DNA of 63,034 bases, counting the filler, from Catajapyx aquilonaris (taxonomy: Eukaryota): NCBI GenBank assembly GCA_000934665.2. It is 4 parts of 4 records of this genome, joined end to end, with 100 filler letters (N's around TTAATTAATTAA, not from the genome) between each part and the next. Parts side by side here need not be neighbours in the genome. Positions count along the whole stretch, not along the records: positions 1 to 15,677 come from KZ539684.1; 3 more parts are not named here. One strand, given 5' to 3'. Both the position numbers and the translations under genes were made by a program. The notes beneath the pieces are model-generated. The model did no database searches. It was given only the letters and a program-made list of their open reading frames with translations, and was not told the DNA's origin. Shown here one piece after another: positions 1-13,593 of this stretch; position 1 is the stretch's first letter; each line of letters starts with the position of its first letter.

Positions 1-2039
1 CCCCCCCCCCTTACTCAAGGGGTTATAACATGTTCACATCGATTTGCGCTGTGGGCATGCAATTTTGCCAGCATTCAAAAATATTTTATTATCAACCCAC
101 GCATTAAAAACATTTTACATAAATTAGTCAGCTTGCTTTTAAGCCCATTATATTCGCATGCCTGCTGGGGCCATGACTCTAACCATAATTAATGCCCTTA
201 TAATTATACCGATTTTTCCGATTATCCGCAGCAGTATCGAATATGACTGAGGTCCATATTAATTTTTTTTAAAAACAACACTATTAGTCTACAATATATT
301 CTGCCAAAAGGCTCTGTCGATAAGAATGAAAATCCAGCCGCTGCATTTTGCTGCCACCTCGTGCCAACTCTCTCTGCCAAGCCATGTTGACGGGATCCAA
401 ATGCTGTAAGTGAACTACTTTGTTTTGAACACACTAATGAATTATTGAAAAAAATATATATAACATCGAGTTAATGCATGAACCTGTATTAACATGCACT
501 CATATTTTCAATGGTTATTAATATGTATGGCAGATATTGCATTGATTCAATTTTTTAAACTCTTCGTCATGTTCAGTTGTTTGCACCATCTGTACTTTTG
601 TTGCCTATACAGTGGTTACACGATTTATTTTTTTTTAAAAACGGAAAGCCTGGCCCAAGATTTAACTCTTGCCTGCTGTTTGGCAGTTTGGAATTGAGAG
701 TACGTAATAAAACATTGCAGGAGGATTACTGTCAGGAAAGATTTGTGTCCGGCCTTTCGAAGGCGAGAAGCTTCCATGTACACAGCAGAAGATAAGTGTG
801 CCCTCTGGCAGTGTCCGTCTAGAGAAGGATTGTGAGACTATTGATTTTCCTTTTCCTTTTTTTTTACCCTCCCCTTCCACCCCCCCCCCCCCCCCCTTTT
901 TTNGGTCCTTTTCCTTCGACCTGAGTCTATCGGCCCCTTTTTGGAAGGAAACCTTTATCAGATTTCCACGGAAAAGTCCCATCTTCGAACCAATTGACGT
1001 CGATTTTAGAACAAAGTCCTATAGTTGATGGCTGTTCCTCATGGCGGACTTTTCTATTGACTTCCACTCGGAATTAAAACTACGATTTTTGCCCTTACCT
1101 GTTTCCTAAAGACCTTTGCAAAAAAAAATTTGCCTTATTAGGCGGATTATTGCATTTGGATTTCTTTCACTCTCTCTCTCTTTTTTAAAAAATGTTATTG
1201 GCAAGGTAGCCGTGAACCTGATGAAACGGAGTGGTAAAAGTACGCCATATGGATTTTCATATTTCCGGGAAATGATCGGGGGGGTCGAGCAGCAGCAGCA
1301 GCAGCAGCAGCGTTTTCTTCCCCAAGGCGACATCGAATTAACATTTAAGCCTTTAGCTCCAGGATTGTTTGCCCAGCGAAATAAATTAATACACCAGTCA
1401 TTAACAGATGACGGGAGCCCCGGTAACTGGATTCGAATCGTCCTGCTCTGTGAGCTGTAAGGCGAGCATTTTCTCATTTGATGGGGAGGACGAAATGGGG
1501 GGGACCTTTTATTTGAATTTATTTTCAAGGGTATATATACACCCAAAAAGCCCGGGCACGGTTGTAAGCCGGGAAATTATTGAGCGGACGTGCTTTTGAG
1601 AGGTCAACAATATCAGGTTGAGTGCCAATTCCAGCCGGGAATTACGCAACTTTTCTGACAATTATCCGCAGCTATTGACAGCGAATGTTGACTATCGTTT
1701 CATACGCGATGTGCCTGGGATATATTTAGAGTGCGTCGGGGCCAAGATTATTAAAACAGTGGATAATATGCACATGGCGCTTGAAAAATTAATTTAGCAT
1801 CGGTTAGCATTAAATTTGATGTTTTTTTCTTAAACTGCAAAGAAAGATTTCATTTCTTACAACGTTACATCATAATTATACAAGCGCCATTGTACAGCAT
1901 AGTTCGGATAATACTATAGTTGATACAACAGTCCTTAGTCGTGGTCTGCCTCTAACGCAATCTATGCGGTTAAAACCGTATTCGCTAAAATTGCGATGGT
2001 ATTAACGCCAAAAATATTTGCGTGGTACGACTGCAAAAA

Positions 2040-2141
2040 NNNNNNNNNNNNNNNNNNNNNNNNNNNNNNNNNNNNNNNNNNNNNNNNNNNNNNNNNNNNN
2101 NNNNNNNNNNNNNNNNNNNNNNNNNNNNNNNNNNNNNNNNN
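2040..2141. other. Assembly gap (102 N)
   Basis: Plain run of N without linker. Confidence 0.99.
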
Positions 2142-5100
2142 GCATACCTACCTCCAACTCCCCCCCCCCCCACAAAAAAAAACAACCCTGCCCTCAAGCC
2201 CAAATTTCTCTGGAGCAGTAATAAGGCGCTTTGCCGTATTCGATATCCATGGAAATAAAGCGGTAACAAATGTGGCTTTTAGTTAGGAATCAATAGAGAT
2301 ATAGTGGGGAGGGGGGGGGGACGCGAAGTTTTTTTTGGGGAGGGTTGCTTTCGTGGAGATTGATGTTTCAGGGCATTACCAGAGGGGGAATCATACAGGA
2401 GGGCAATGGAAGCTGCCAGAATCAGCGATGAGAAAATCGGACTGTTGCAAAAATATAAGACTGGTTAATGGTAGATATTGCAAGAAATCCACCAACTAAC
2501 CACCAGTTAAAATGTAACTCTCACAATCGATTTGAAGGAACAGCAGAAAACATAAGCAGTGTACGACTTTAAGTGTAATTGAAACCGTTCGTTTAACTAC
2601 TAGGGGTGTATAATTACGCTTTCTGCATAATTTGCGAGTTCGACGTATTTTCAAACTTTGCTTCGTTGCCCTTATACGGTACCTGGAGTAATAAAGATAT
2701 TGGGTTACACGACGGTGTTTGTTTCTAAAAGTTCGTTGACTCGTGTTTATGGACTTGATGAAGCTCACAACTTGCAAGTTTGTCACTGATTTCTTGCACT
2801 TATTTTAGCCCCCGATGGGGCATGATATCATCTCAGAGAATTATTATGGTGCAAGTACCGCCCTGGAACCAGGAGTTAAAAAATTCCAGCCACCGAAATA
2901 GCCTTCCTCTTCAGTAAATTTCGATTTCGGACATGTCAGGTATTGCCGGGAGAGCAGTGCAAAATTGAGTTCTAAAAGTTCGCTTCCCCATATATTGAGA
3001 GGGTCCTACTACACTACCACTACTCCCAATAATGACACGAGTGACCCTCTTCCAACTTTTGTAATTCAAAGCCCCTCCAATTTTTTTTTATTTTTTATTT
3101 AGTTCACCCCACCCCCGCAGGTCCCCTTGCGTTCTGAATTAACGGTGCTTTACTGGGGCACTATTCATCTATTTCTATCCATGAACGGAGGTTAATGAGG
3201 AGTTGTGGGGTTGCCAACTTTGGACTCAATTAGGCGCAAGACAAATGTCCCGAGACGTACAGTATTTATCACAAAGTAGTAGTCACCCACTGTAAAGGCA
3301 GGATATTGCACTTAGCTGCTGGAAAGAGAGGGGGGGTTGGGGGAAAGAGAGAAAAACCTTCATCTAGTTTTTCACTAAATGGAGAATTGCTGATGGGAAA
3401 GTGCGCAAGGGAAGCGGGGCTAAAGACGCAATTAAAAATATTACACGTGTTTCACCCCCAGGGAAAGAGGCGGGGAAATCAAAAGGGTTCTCCTCCGCCG
3501 GTTTATCAAGTCACTGGGGTGTAACTCTGGAGGGTGACAGTGACATTTGTCACTGCTTCACGGGCCAGCGTGCCATGCTGTGTGACTGCGGTTTTCGTGG
3601 CTCCAGCCTCAGGACCAAACCCTCCAGCTTCCTCCCCTCCACTTATGTTATGCAGATGTCAAAAGCAAAAAAAAAAAATGTGCCTTGATCTCCAGGGAAC
3701 CACTTTTACGTTACATTAATGCAAAATTGTACTCACATGTTCATATACGTATTATTAGTTCAATCAGGCATCAAATATCAGAAGCTAACTCGAGGAAGAA
3801 AAAAAAACTTGTCATGGAACAGGCTCTAAATTGAATTAACTCCGAACTAACCACAATCAAGTTCGCAAAGTTTTAAAAAGAAACCTCGCGAAAGTAGAAT
3901 ATCAGAAAAAACCAGATCCTTTTCCAGTTCCGTTCCGAACAGAAGCTTACGGACTTAGCGTCAACAGTTTCCATGAATTTGCAAATAAAAGCTGATTACA
4001 AGGAAGCCGCATGATTGCATAATTCACTCTATGGGGGTTTTTGGTAGGAGATGAATTCTGCGAAATAGTTCAATGGCGGTTGGAGTTTGCGGGGACATTT
4101 AAATGATGAAGAATCGCGTTTTCTCCGAGAGATCAGCAAGCTCCTGATGTAAAGAAACGAGCTTACTGTTGACTTATTGTACGTTTTAAATTAATGAATT
4201 TAAAGAGTGTTGCTTACAATATTCTCACAATGTACGCTAAACCCTGGAAATTAAGCTAATGGCTGTTTGTAATGTGCGGTACAGTGCAATATGTGCTACA
4301 CCTTGAGGCTGATAGGTACACTATTCAAGCCTGAAGTGATTGCTGTTGTTTGTTTATGAAGAACGCTAGAAGTTAGTCCAAAATCATTATGTAACACAGT
4401 TATGCAACAGCCTGTGTTTGTTTGGACCTATAATAGCATGCACAACGATTCCACAAATGGATGCCAGCACCAGCAGCACCAGCGACACCATCATTATCCG
4501 TCCGCATATCAAATGTCAAATTAGGAACAAGTGTACAAAGGCGGGCTCAAGTATCCCACGCTTTGATCTACAGGAGCTTAGGATTATAATTGGACCCCAG
4601 GATTTGATACTACAGTTTTCTTTAGGGGTACACGCACTGCACACGCACAGATGATCCCTCTCACTACATCAGAACAGTAATTGGACGTCTCCTTAGTTCT
4701 TCCAACAAACCGGAAAATTCGGACTTTGTGAGTACCTGCCGCTCAAGGATTCTGGAAAATTTCCAGTTCGGACATTGGCCTGTACGTGGCCAGAGAGAGA
4801 CAGTTAAAAAAATTCCGGTATCGTGCGATTAGTCAAGCGGACTGTATTGTCTCAATTCCCTGAACCTGAAACAGCGATATGCTTTTCCTATACGTGTATG
4901 TGTGTGTGTCATGAGAGAGAGAGAGAGAGAGGGAAGGCCTGGGGTATATATACATATCGTTTACACGGGAGAGCTTTACCCTGGGTCCGTATAATGTGGA
5001 AGCAGTGTCTCCCTGGAGATGACACCTAGCTGAATGTGCTTTGAAGCACGGCAGCCCTGGCCAGCTGCTGTGCCAAAAGCGCGTATGTATAATGTTTGGA

Positions 5101-5675
5101 AACTTGTTTGCCCTACGTGCGCTATTTATCGCCCGCGAAATATTCATGCCGACTATAGAATTAGGACCAGCGCTTGTGTGCACATGACGCCCACAGGAGA
5201 GTATAATGTGAATCGAGGATTATCTCAGCTGCTTTTTTTTCTCTCGTTGTAGTTGTTTGGTTCAAGAACGTGCGAGTGAAACCGAGCGTATCGCGTGTAC
5301 GATTGTATACGAGCGTGTGATTTGTGTCTTTTTTCCGGTTGCCTGAATACGGGTGTACTCTCGCGAGTGTGACGTCACGGGCATCGCTTTATTCACTGAC
5401 TGGCTCTAATCTGACCTCCAGAGTAACAGGCAATAAAGTGGGCAAATGCCACGACCTCGTTACAGGTCACTTGCGTAAAGTAGTACAGTGGTGGAAGTTA
5501 ATGGATCAGCACAAGTATCGCCGCCTGGTGGAGCTCTAAAGAGGATACATTTCCACTACATAACTGTACTACGATTACGTACAGTCGTTGCAATGAGTTG
5601 AACGAAAGTTACACATAATTGCCTGGGCGAGACTATGTCTGTCCACGATGGCTCATCACCAACGTGCATGTAGTA

Positions 5676-5837
5676 CAGTGTTGGATATAAATCGAGGCAT
5701 ACTGCCAGCGACATTTTCCGAAGCGCCAGAAGAAGGAATCTTGCTCTCCCGGCTTGCAGTATCCTTATCTTCGATTCCTTCTTCTGCCGCTTCGGAAAAT
5801 GTCGCTAGCAATATGCCTCGATTTATGTCCAACACTG
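5676..5837. mobile_element. Tc1/mariner-type MITE (near-palindromic)
   Basis: TA|CAGTGTTGGATATAAATCGAGGCATA...TATGCCTCGATTTATGTCCAACACTG|TA; ~65 bp inverted arms, TA target duplication. Confidence 0.85.
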
Positions 5838-5969
5838 TATTACTTTTCCTATGAGAGGGGCAGTAGGGTGCAGAGAGGAAGCCTGCGCCACCTGGTAGTG
5901 ACATATCGTACTACGTCCAAGTTGGCAGCGTTGCCTATAGTTCTGGTCCACGAGTTAACTCTCTCGTAA

Positions 5970-6207
5970 TCTTACATAATAAAGCAGAAAGTTTGTCTGT
6001 ATGTTCAAGCTACCTAACCCACTTTCGGACTACTAAGAGTGCTGAAACTTGGCACAACTGATGGTCTGATGATTTACGTGCCGCTAATTGACGGAAAGGT
6101 CCGAACTTGATTTTTTTTAAAGTCTAAATGACTAAAACTTAGAATGTTTCCGGTCTGCTGCAATCCTGGATTACTATATGGAAACAGGTTGTGCGAAGCG
6201 CTGCTAG
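5970..6207 (+). mobile_element. Short non-autonomous Helitron-like element
   Basis: A|TC start with TAATAAAG..AAAGTTTGTCTGTATG head typical of arthropod Helitrons; ends GCGAAGCGCTGCTAG|T; internal CCTAACCCACTTTCGGACTACTAAGAGTGCTG recurs near 7355 and inverted near 10525. Confidence 0.55.
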
Positions 6208-6214
6208 TACATAA

Positions 6215-6335
6215 CCTCCTGAGACCCGGAGTACAGTATACTGTACCTTTGTTTTTGGTTTTTACGCGTTTGAGTTAGTCAGAAGGTGCTGGAAAAAACA
6301 AAGGTACAGTATACTGTACCAGGGGTCTCAGGAGG
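6215..6335. mobile_element. piggyBac-like MITE
   Basis: ATAA|CCTCCTGAGACCC..GTACAGTATACTGTACCTTTG...CAAAGGTACAGTATACTGTAC..GGGTCTCAGGAGG|ATAA; 4-bp flanking duplication is a TTAA variant. Confidence 0.7.
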
Positions 6336-7299
6336 ATAAATTAATGTACATACGTATATTTTTATTTATTTTAATATAATTTACGTTACCCCATTCTAGG
6401 GCTGGGCCCTTTTAGGGGGTTACATGTACATATGTTAAAGTGAACTTATAAAATGCACATGGCAACCGTGCACTTGTCCATTGGCCGAATTAGAATTCAG
6501 CAAAACACTACCCGCTGCTGGTGGTGGCGGAACCTCACGCACTAAACGAGCACTAGTATGGATCCTCCCTCGTTCGCTTTATTGCAGTTCGAGTGGAATC
6601 GGATAATAATCTGCCGGATACTTCAACAAAAATGGGTGCTGCCCACTGATGACTTTTGACTCCCAAGCCCCCCCCCCCTCTCTTGCCCCCTCTCCACACC
6701 ATCAGGGGGGGGGGGGGGAGAAAAAAAGTAATCTCGTCAAATGTGAGAAAGTTGGGAATTTGCTTTTCTAAGCCCTGCCTCTTGCCTCTCCCATGAACGG
6801 AATGAGTTGAACATAAATACCTAATTTACAGAGTAATCCAGGGTAAAGTTTGAAACTTTCCGACTCTCTTTCCTGGCCCTCCTCCTCCCCCACTTCTCCT
6901 TCCCTCCCTCCCTCCTCCACTTGGCTCCGGATGGAATGACCGAGAGATCGTTATCCCTCCAACCTTTCCTATTCCCAGGGTAATCTTTTCAACTTATTAT
7001 TTTCGCAACAAAACTGTAATTAAGTGGAGCAATATGGCACGAGTCTAATGAAAACTGGGCCCAGGGCACTCCTTTGCCTCGATCTCGGCCCAGATACCCC
7101 GGTAGTCTCATTACTCGAACTTTAATAGAGTCTTCAATTATGTTCGCTTAATGCTTTGCCGCCTGGTCCTCTACTAACTATATACGTACAGCACACCCTC
7201 GAAACACCCGCAGAGGAGAATAGGCTGGGAAAAACCTTAAAACGAAACATGCCAATTTGGTCGTACAATAACGAAACACCCGGTGGATCACTTCATAGT

Positions 7300-7386
7300 T
7301 CATATAGTATAAACGGGAAAGTTTGTTGGTGCGTATGTATGTTTGTCCGGATTACCTAACCCACTTTCGGACTACTAAGAGTGCTG
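7300..7386 (+). mobile_element. Helitron-like 5' fragment (same family as 5970)
   Basis: TATAAACGGGAAAGTTTGTTGG head plus shared CCTAACCCACTTTCGGACTACTAAGAGTGCTG. Confidence 0.5.
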
Positions 7387-9965
7387 GTGTAAAATAAAAC
7401 TGGGGCCAAAATATCAACCTTTGTTATTTTATGTTAATTTAATATTGCCGAAAAATTGGACGCGATTTATAAATTTAATGTTGGTATCACAAACTGAGGG
7501 GCTAGAATCACTATGGGAATTGTTGCGCGTCCTACAGTACATTGCATTGTTACAGTATCGCTTATGAATAACTAAAATAATTGACTCTTGGGAGCTGCGT
7601 TTTTGGCGGCTGATGATACAAGCTCAACACTCGCGGCTGGGGACGCAAAGAAAATGGCCAAATCGTCACTGTTTGGTCAAGTTTTAAAACCAAAAGCAAG
7701 GGTTTGTGCTGGAGTTTTTTTTTGAAGGTTGTGTGTGTGTGGGAGGGGGGGATAGGGGGATGGTTACAAGGTCCTCACTGGCTTCCAACATTATCCAGAG
7801 AGGGAGCTAATGGAAACATTTGCATGCGGAAGGGAGCCAGTGGCCAGTGGAACGAAATGGAAGAGGTTGGTTGGAGGGGTGGACCATACGGTCACTCCGC
7901 AGGGAGTTAGTTTTTAGAGAGGACGAGGACGAGGGGGGGGGGGGCGAATTTAAAGAGAATAGTGGCTCTCTGCCTCATAGCATTCCAGATGAATTTGTGT
8001 CGGGATTGTTACGGATTTATTCATTCTTTGGTGGAATTTCATATCGATCAGGACTTGAGGCATGGTTGTGCTCTTTTTTTTTAAAAAAAAAATAATGTTC
8101 AGGTCGTATGATTTGAATGAATGGGGGAGACAGGAAGGGGAAAAAACGTAGTTGACCTTTTGACATTTTGTTGGGTGTACAGTGCGTGAGATTCGATTTG
8201 TTTGTGCAAAGATGTCACAATGGGTTTGTAATTTTGTTTAATTTTTTAGGTGGCGGTAATCAATATGAAAGCGTCTGGTTCAAAATCCCTTAACAATCCG
8301 TTGTTATTATTGGTGGTGATATATTCGATTTATTTGGTGTTGCGTGGTACGTGCTGGAGAATAATATGTTCAATTGTTCATACAGTCAAATTTTCGAGAC
8401 AGCAAGAAGTACCCTATAGTGTAAATTTTTAAAGTGGCAAACTACGCATTGTCATTAAAATAAGGAAGTAGCAAGAAAATTGCCAAGAGATGTCACGTCA
8501 TGTATAAGCAGCTGTGCAAGCTAATTGCGATAGCATAATAATTTAAACGCAAAATTTTCTTTATAAAGAGCAAAATGAAAAGTAATATGCGCTTACCTGT
8601 AAATTATTCAATTGCATAAATAATTGAAATTCAACTGAATTCTAAGCCTATTACTTTATTATTCATTACCTTTTTTACTGAAAGCAAGGACTATACATCA
8701 AACAATGATTCATAACTTTCGCCACTGGGAATATTCTCTCAGAATACTTTGCGTTATGTGCAGACTTATTCTAACTCTGGTTGAGTACAATGCTCGTGGA
8801 ATTCCAATTCCCTTGCGGCATATTCTTGCCAATATCATGCAAAAGTAGCCTCGTAGTTTTATATACCTGGCTGAAGCTCGTCTGTAAGCGGCTTACACAG
8901 TAGAACTGGAATTTCCAGGTCAAGTGGCGATTACGCATTTTGAAGGTAAATTTTTGAAGTACTCGCATGAGTAATACTGAACTGTTCTTATTCATATTGT
9001 ATAGTAGTTTTCATATCATTATATGAAGAGTTGCTGATAATCTCGTCCTTATTATAGCCATCTTCCGCACATTTAACCTGAATGTTTACCACAAATGAAG
9101 TCGTAATGTCAGCACCTCTTCTTATTGAATGTTTGTGGCCTCCTTACTCAGTTTTAATGAAATGTAATTACTCTCTCTCTCTCTCTCTACAGCACGCACT
9201 TGCACTGTTCATGTAATAACCTCTTCCGAGTGGACGATTATTTTTACCCTTAGTTTTTGTACCCACCTCCCTTCACCACACACACGCCATTAAATTCCAA
9301 CACTACCACCCCTAAAAAGAGGAAGGTCTGCACAAAAGAATTATTGTCGCGCATTTCACTGCCTGGTAACTTTTCGAGACCCCCTCCAGAAAAGCTGCTA
9401 TTTACCGCACGCAGTGCATGAAACTAATTTCCCATGTAAATCCGCCAAAGGGATTTCGTAGAATACAAAGCGTTGTGTCGGGGAAAAGCTCGCTCCGGAC
9501 TTGCTCTCTTTTTCTCTCCCCCTCCCACCCACATTTCAGCAGGGTGCAGTTTGTATTAAATGGGAGGGGAGTTGTTTCACTTATTAAATCATGGGGACCA
9601 AGGCTGGAAATTATTCCAGTTTTTTTTTAGGATGGAGGGTAGGACCCATGCGTCTCTTCCTCCCCAAAAATAGAGGAAGCCAGAAGACGTTGTCTGACCT
9701 AACTTTGCCATGATATAGTGAGGGGAAAAGAGGAAGCAGTTTTCTGGGGGGGGGGGCTAATTCGTTTATCTCTGTCGGGGTTTATCGATGAGATATCGCC
9801 ATTTAGGGTAAGATCAGGAGGGGAAGACTTTGAGTCAACTTGGGGACAAAGAAGGATCAACGCACTCTTTGTAATTCACTGCAGCTTGCGGAGTGCTTGG
9901 TATTTGGGTTGCATCATGCAAGGATGAAAAGCGATCCTAGTGGAAATATACCTTTTGGTCACATC

Positions 9966-10015
9966 AGTCGGATTAGCGAGAGTGACCAGTGATAGTCACT
10001 CTCGCTAATCCGACT
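9966..10015. repeat. Perfect 21-bp inverted repeat with 8-nt loop
   Basis: AGTCGGATTAGCGAGAGTGAC-cagtgata-GTCACTCTCGCTAATCCGACT. Confidence 0.95.
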
Positions 10016-10517
10016 CTTCTCACGCCTGCTGCCAAGCATTTTCTTTTTCTTTCTCTGTGGCGCCTTTCTTTTTTTGCACAAGGAGTTCTTCCCCCGCACT
10101 TTTCTCCAGGGGTTGAAGGGAATTGGGATGAATGCAAGTTCTTTCGTCAGTGACCAAAGTGACTGAGACGGATGCAGAGCCCGGGAAAGTCCATTAATTA
10201 GTTCCCAGATTTCGTGCGCTTGGAAGACTGGGCCCCAACAAATCTGCTGTGAGAATTGGAAGGCTGGCAGCCGCAGCAAAGACCTTTCTGGTGGCGGGGG
10301 TGGGAAATTGTGCATTCAGTTGGCATCAGGGGTGGAAAAGAGGAGGGGGGTTGGAAACAGGAGGGGGGGTTTGGTGGCAGCAGGGGAGCTGCTTTTAATC
10401 GGCACTGCTTAGGGAGTTATAGCTATACATGCTACACTATCGCAACACTATTTTTACGCTCGCAAATTATACGTAGAACCAGGAGGCTTAAGTTTCAGAC
10501 TTTTCTCTCAATGTGAA

Positions 10518-10574
10518 AAGTTTCAGCACTCTCAGTAGTCTGAAAGTGGGTTAGGTAGCCTGAACATACAAACA
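10518..10574 (-). mobile_element. Helitron-like fragment, inverted copy of the 5970 family
   Basis: Reverse complement matches about 6000-6050. Confidence 0.5.
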
Positions 10575-13043
10575 CTGACTGGGAGATTTTATGTCCAGTG
10601 ACTCATCACCAACGTGCCTGCAGTACTACTGTGAGCGGCCAATGCGCCACCTGGTAGTGGCATATCGTACTACGTCCAAGTGTAGGGCAGTTTTGGCCGA
10701 ATATAATTTCAGCCAGTTTCATGACCGCCCACTTGGCGTGCAGCTTGTACTACGAGCCAGCTCCAGCAGTGCAGGTTAATCCCAATATTTCAGTTGGTGT
10801 ATGGCTGCATGCGGTGTAGAGGAGAGAGGGCTTCTTACTGCGGCAAGTGCTTGGAAGGGGGTATATTATAGGGAGGGGGGGTTTGGTGGATAGCGATTGC
10901 TACCGACTCCTTTAGTCTCATCCAGGAAGTTAGTTCCAGATGCTCAGACTTGCAGATAGGATTTCCCCCGGTATAGCACGTCGCCTGAGCCTGACACTTG
11001 CGGTCGAACACTCGGCTCCTCTTGCTGCTGCTGCACTGCTACGTCGAAATGCTGCTGACGAGAAGAGAAGGAGGGGTTCAATGCTGCCTGGCTGGGGCTC
11101 AAGGAGCACCAGTGTATAAGTTTTATCAAGTATCGTGCTGTTGTAACTTCTGGTCCATTTTCGCGTATGATAGGGATGCATAGGATGATGGTACTTGCGC
11201 TCTAAGTGGCCGACCCCACGAGTACCTGGGAGGTCCAAAGTTGTCTAATGCACTATGCTAGAGGCAGACCGCTGCCACTCTTACTTGCTCCAGATTATTA
11301 TTATGCCGACCTAGGTTCTGATGTAAAGGTGCGCTCACTTTCTCTCCAAGTTGGGTTGCTTTCGAAGTTCCTAAGCGAAATGGTCAGTTTGGTTTTGGCA
11401 ATTTTTGCTGGGAAATGGAGGCAACCACTGATTAATTTTTGTTTCATCACGCATGTAAATTTTTCTACGGGTTATTCTACCCACGGAACTGAATGGGTAG
11501 GTTTGCATACTATTACAAAATTGACCGCACAATTGTGTCCACAACGACAAAACACATCAAAATCAACCATGCTAAATTTTAACACATTGCAAAGGACCTA
11601 AATCCGAAAGTGCGTTCCTCTTTGAAACTCCGGAGTGTAGTTCGACCTAGTTCAGACCCTCCAGTGATCCCAGCTCTTAAACTTTAATCGGTCGAGAGAA
11701 TTTGTTAATAGGGCGGGGATTTTGCGCACTAGATTATCCCTCCTGAAATAGTGATGTCACATAAGTTCTAGGTCAATGGGGAAACGTTCGTGGCTCTAAT
11801 TAACTGAAGACGATCTAAAAAATATGCCAGATAAATTATTAATAGGATATCCTCTTGATCAGCACAAATGTGCATTAGCCACATCTTAATGAACCCACCT
11901 TAAGTTTCCATGAAAGAATAAGGATCCACTAAAAATAGCAGCCTCCAGCAGTTAAAACGGTTATGATTCAAGTGTTAGTGGTGCTTACCCGATCCGGTTA
12001 TAATGCTTGTCGAAGAGTGGCAAGCTTCACGCTTTAAAAATTCCGATTCGCCCACAACTTGGCCCAAATAGAGTTACGGGCCAGCAAGCACCAAAACTCC
12101 TCCTTCCCCCACCCCAAAAAAACCCTTCTCCTGGACATGTGTTGTGCATATCGCCGCCAAATTGCAGCCCTGGAAACTACCGGCCATAAATGTCCATAAT
12201 GGCAAAAAAAAAAAAACCCTTTCCCCTACACTTGAAAATAGCGCCCCCGTTACTTGATGCCGGGGTCTTTTTAGCAGTGAACGAACGAATCCTATTTATA
12301 TCTTGGGGCCGTCCGACACCTATTTCGCATTAATGGTGATTTATAGCCCAGTTTGGTGGTCCGCTCTCTTAGTGCGTGTGCGAAATTCCTAGCCATCCCT
12401 GGGGCTGTTCCGGGAACTTAAAAAAAAAATGACCTCGCTTTTCTCAGGAAATTATTTTCACCAACCCGTATTGCTATAAGGGCACACCCCCGAACTCACC
12501 GCCGCTTGTCCGCTAACAAGAACAAGTTGGAGTTAATCACAGGGTCACTTGGCCCACCTCCCAAAATTGTCCAGGTTTTCCAGTTTAATACAACCCCATA
12601 TCTCTAGTTCTAAATGACCACCAGCAAGGGTAGAAGGGGGGGACCTGAAGAGAAGATTTCACTTACATACAACCATCTAGTGGGACATTACGCTTTTAGA
12701 GTGGGGGAGGGATAATGCCCGGTACGTCCTCTTGGAATTTAGGCGCTTGATTCTGGTTAAGCGCTGCTAAAACATTAGTATCATATATACTATAGGAAGG
12801 ACCACCCCCATCTAACCCAACAGAGTTGTAAAGAGCTGGGAAAATGGGTTTCCAAAATGTGTGAGCAGGAGGCAGAGGGGGCAAAAATGTCTGGCTGGAC
12901 CTTGCATAAGTTTTAAAGAGGGTTTGATGGCCACGTTTTGGGCCTGTTTCGAAGGAGTTCATGTCGTGTTAATCGCCATACATAGAGCATGAATGGATAA
13001 TTCAATTGGAGCCAAAATTTCAGCCAAAAATATCCAGCTCGAT

Positions 13044-13593
13044 CACTGAAAACCTGGAATGGATAATTTTATTCACTTACTCTCGGAAAAAATTTCGAGT
13101 AAAAATTCCACTCACTTTTTGAGTGAATTTCACTCCGGAAAGATTTACTTTAACTCTAATCGAGTGGAAAATTACTCGAAAGAAGAGGGAAAATGTGTGG
13201 GAGACTACTCTTTCATTGAGTGAAACCCATTTGAGTGCAATTATCACTCCATTTTTAATCGAATGATCGACTGATTTTCACTCAAAAAGAGTTGTAGTCA
13301 AATCAAGTAAGCTAAAAATCGTGAAAAATCACTCAAATCGAGTGTAAAAAATAAGCTTACTCTATAATTTTTAGAGTGTACCAACTTGAAACTGGGACAT
13401 GCGAATAATAGTTCTCTTATTTATTTTAATGCATAAATTTCGTGCATATCATTCACACATGTGCATTTTAAAATTCAAGATGTGAATGTAGATGCGTTAT
13501 GCATTAAAATGAATAAAGGGAACTGTATTATTCACCTGTCCTAGTTTCTAGTTGGTAAGTGATAAAATTATGCAATCTAGGTTTTTCGTTGTG
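13044..13593. mobile_element. MITE with long inverted arms, left arm interrupted by a second MITE
   Basis: AAAACCTGGAATGGATAATTTTATTCACTTA[insert]CCAACTTGAAACTGGGACA pairs with TGTCCTAGTTTCTAGTTGGTAAGTGATAAAATTATGCAATCTAGGTTTTT. Confidence 0.75.
13080..13378. mobile_element. Nested MITE rich in GAGT/ACTC motifs
   Basis: TA|CTCTCGGAAAAAATT...AATTTTTAGAGTG|TA; removing it restores the host arm. Confidence 0.7.

Noticed and set aside
1106..1546. Poly-Q and poly-C ORFs
   Set aside because: Produced by a short (CAG)n microsatellite; no recognisable domain
10930..11601. Cluster of overlapping ORFs in a GC-richer patch
   Set aside because: No recognisable motif or consistent splice structure
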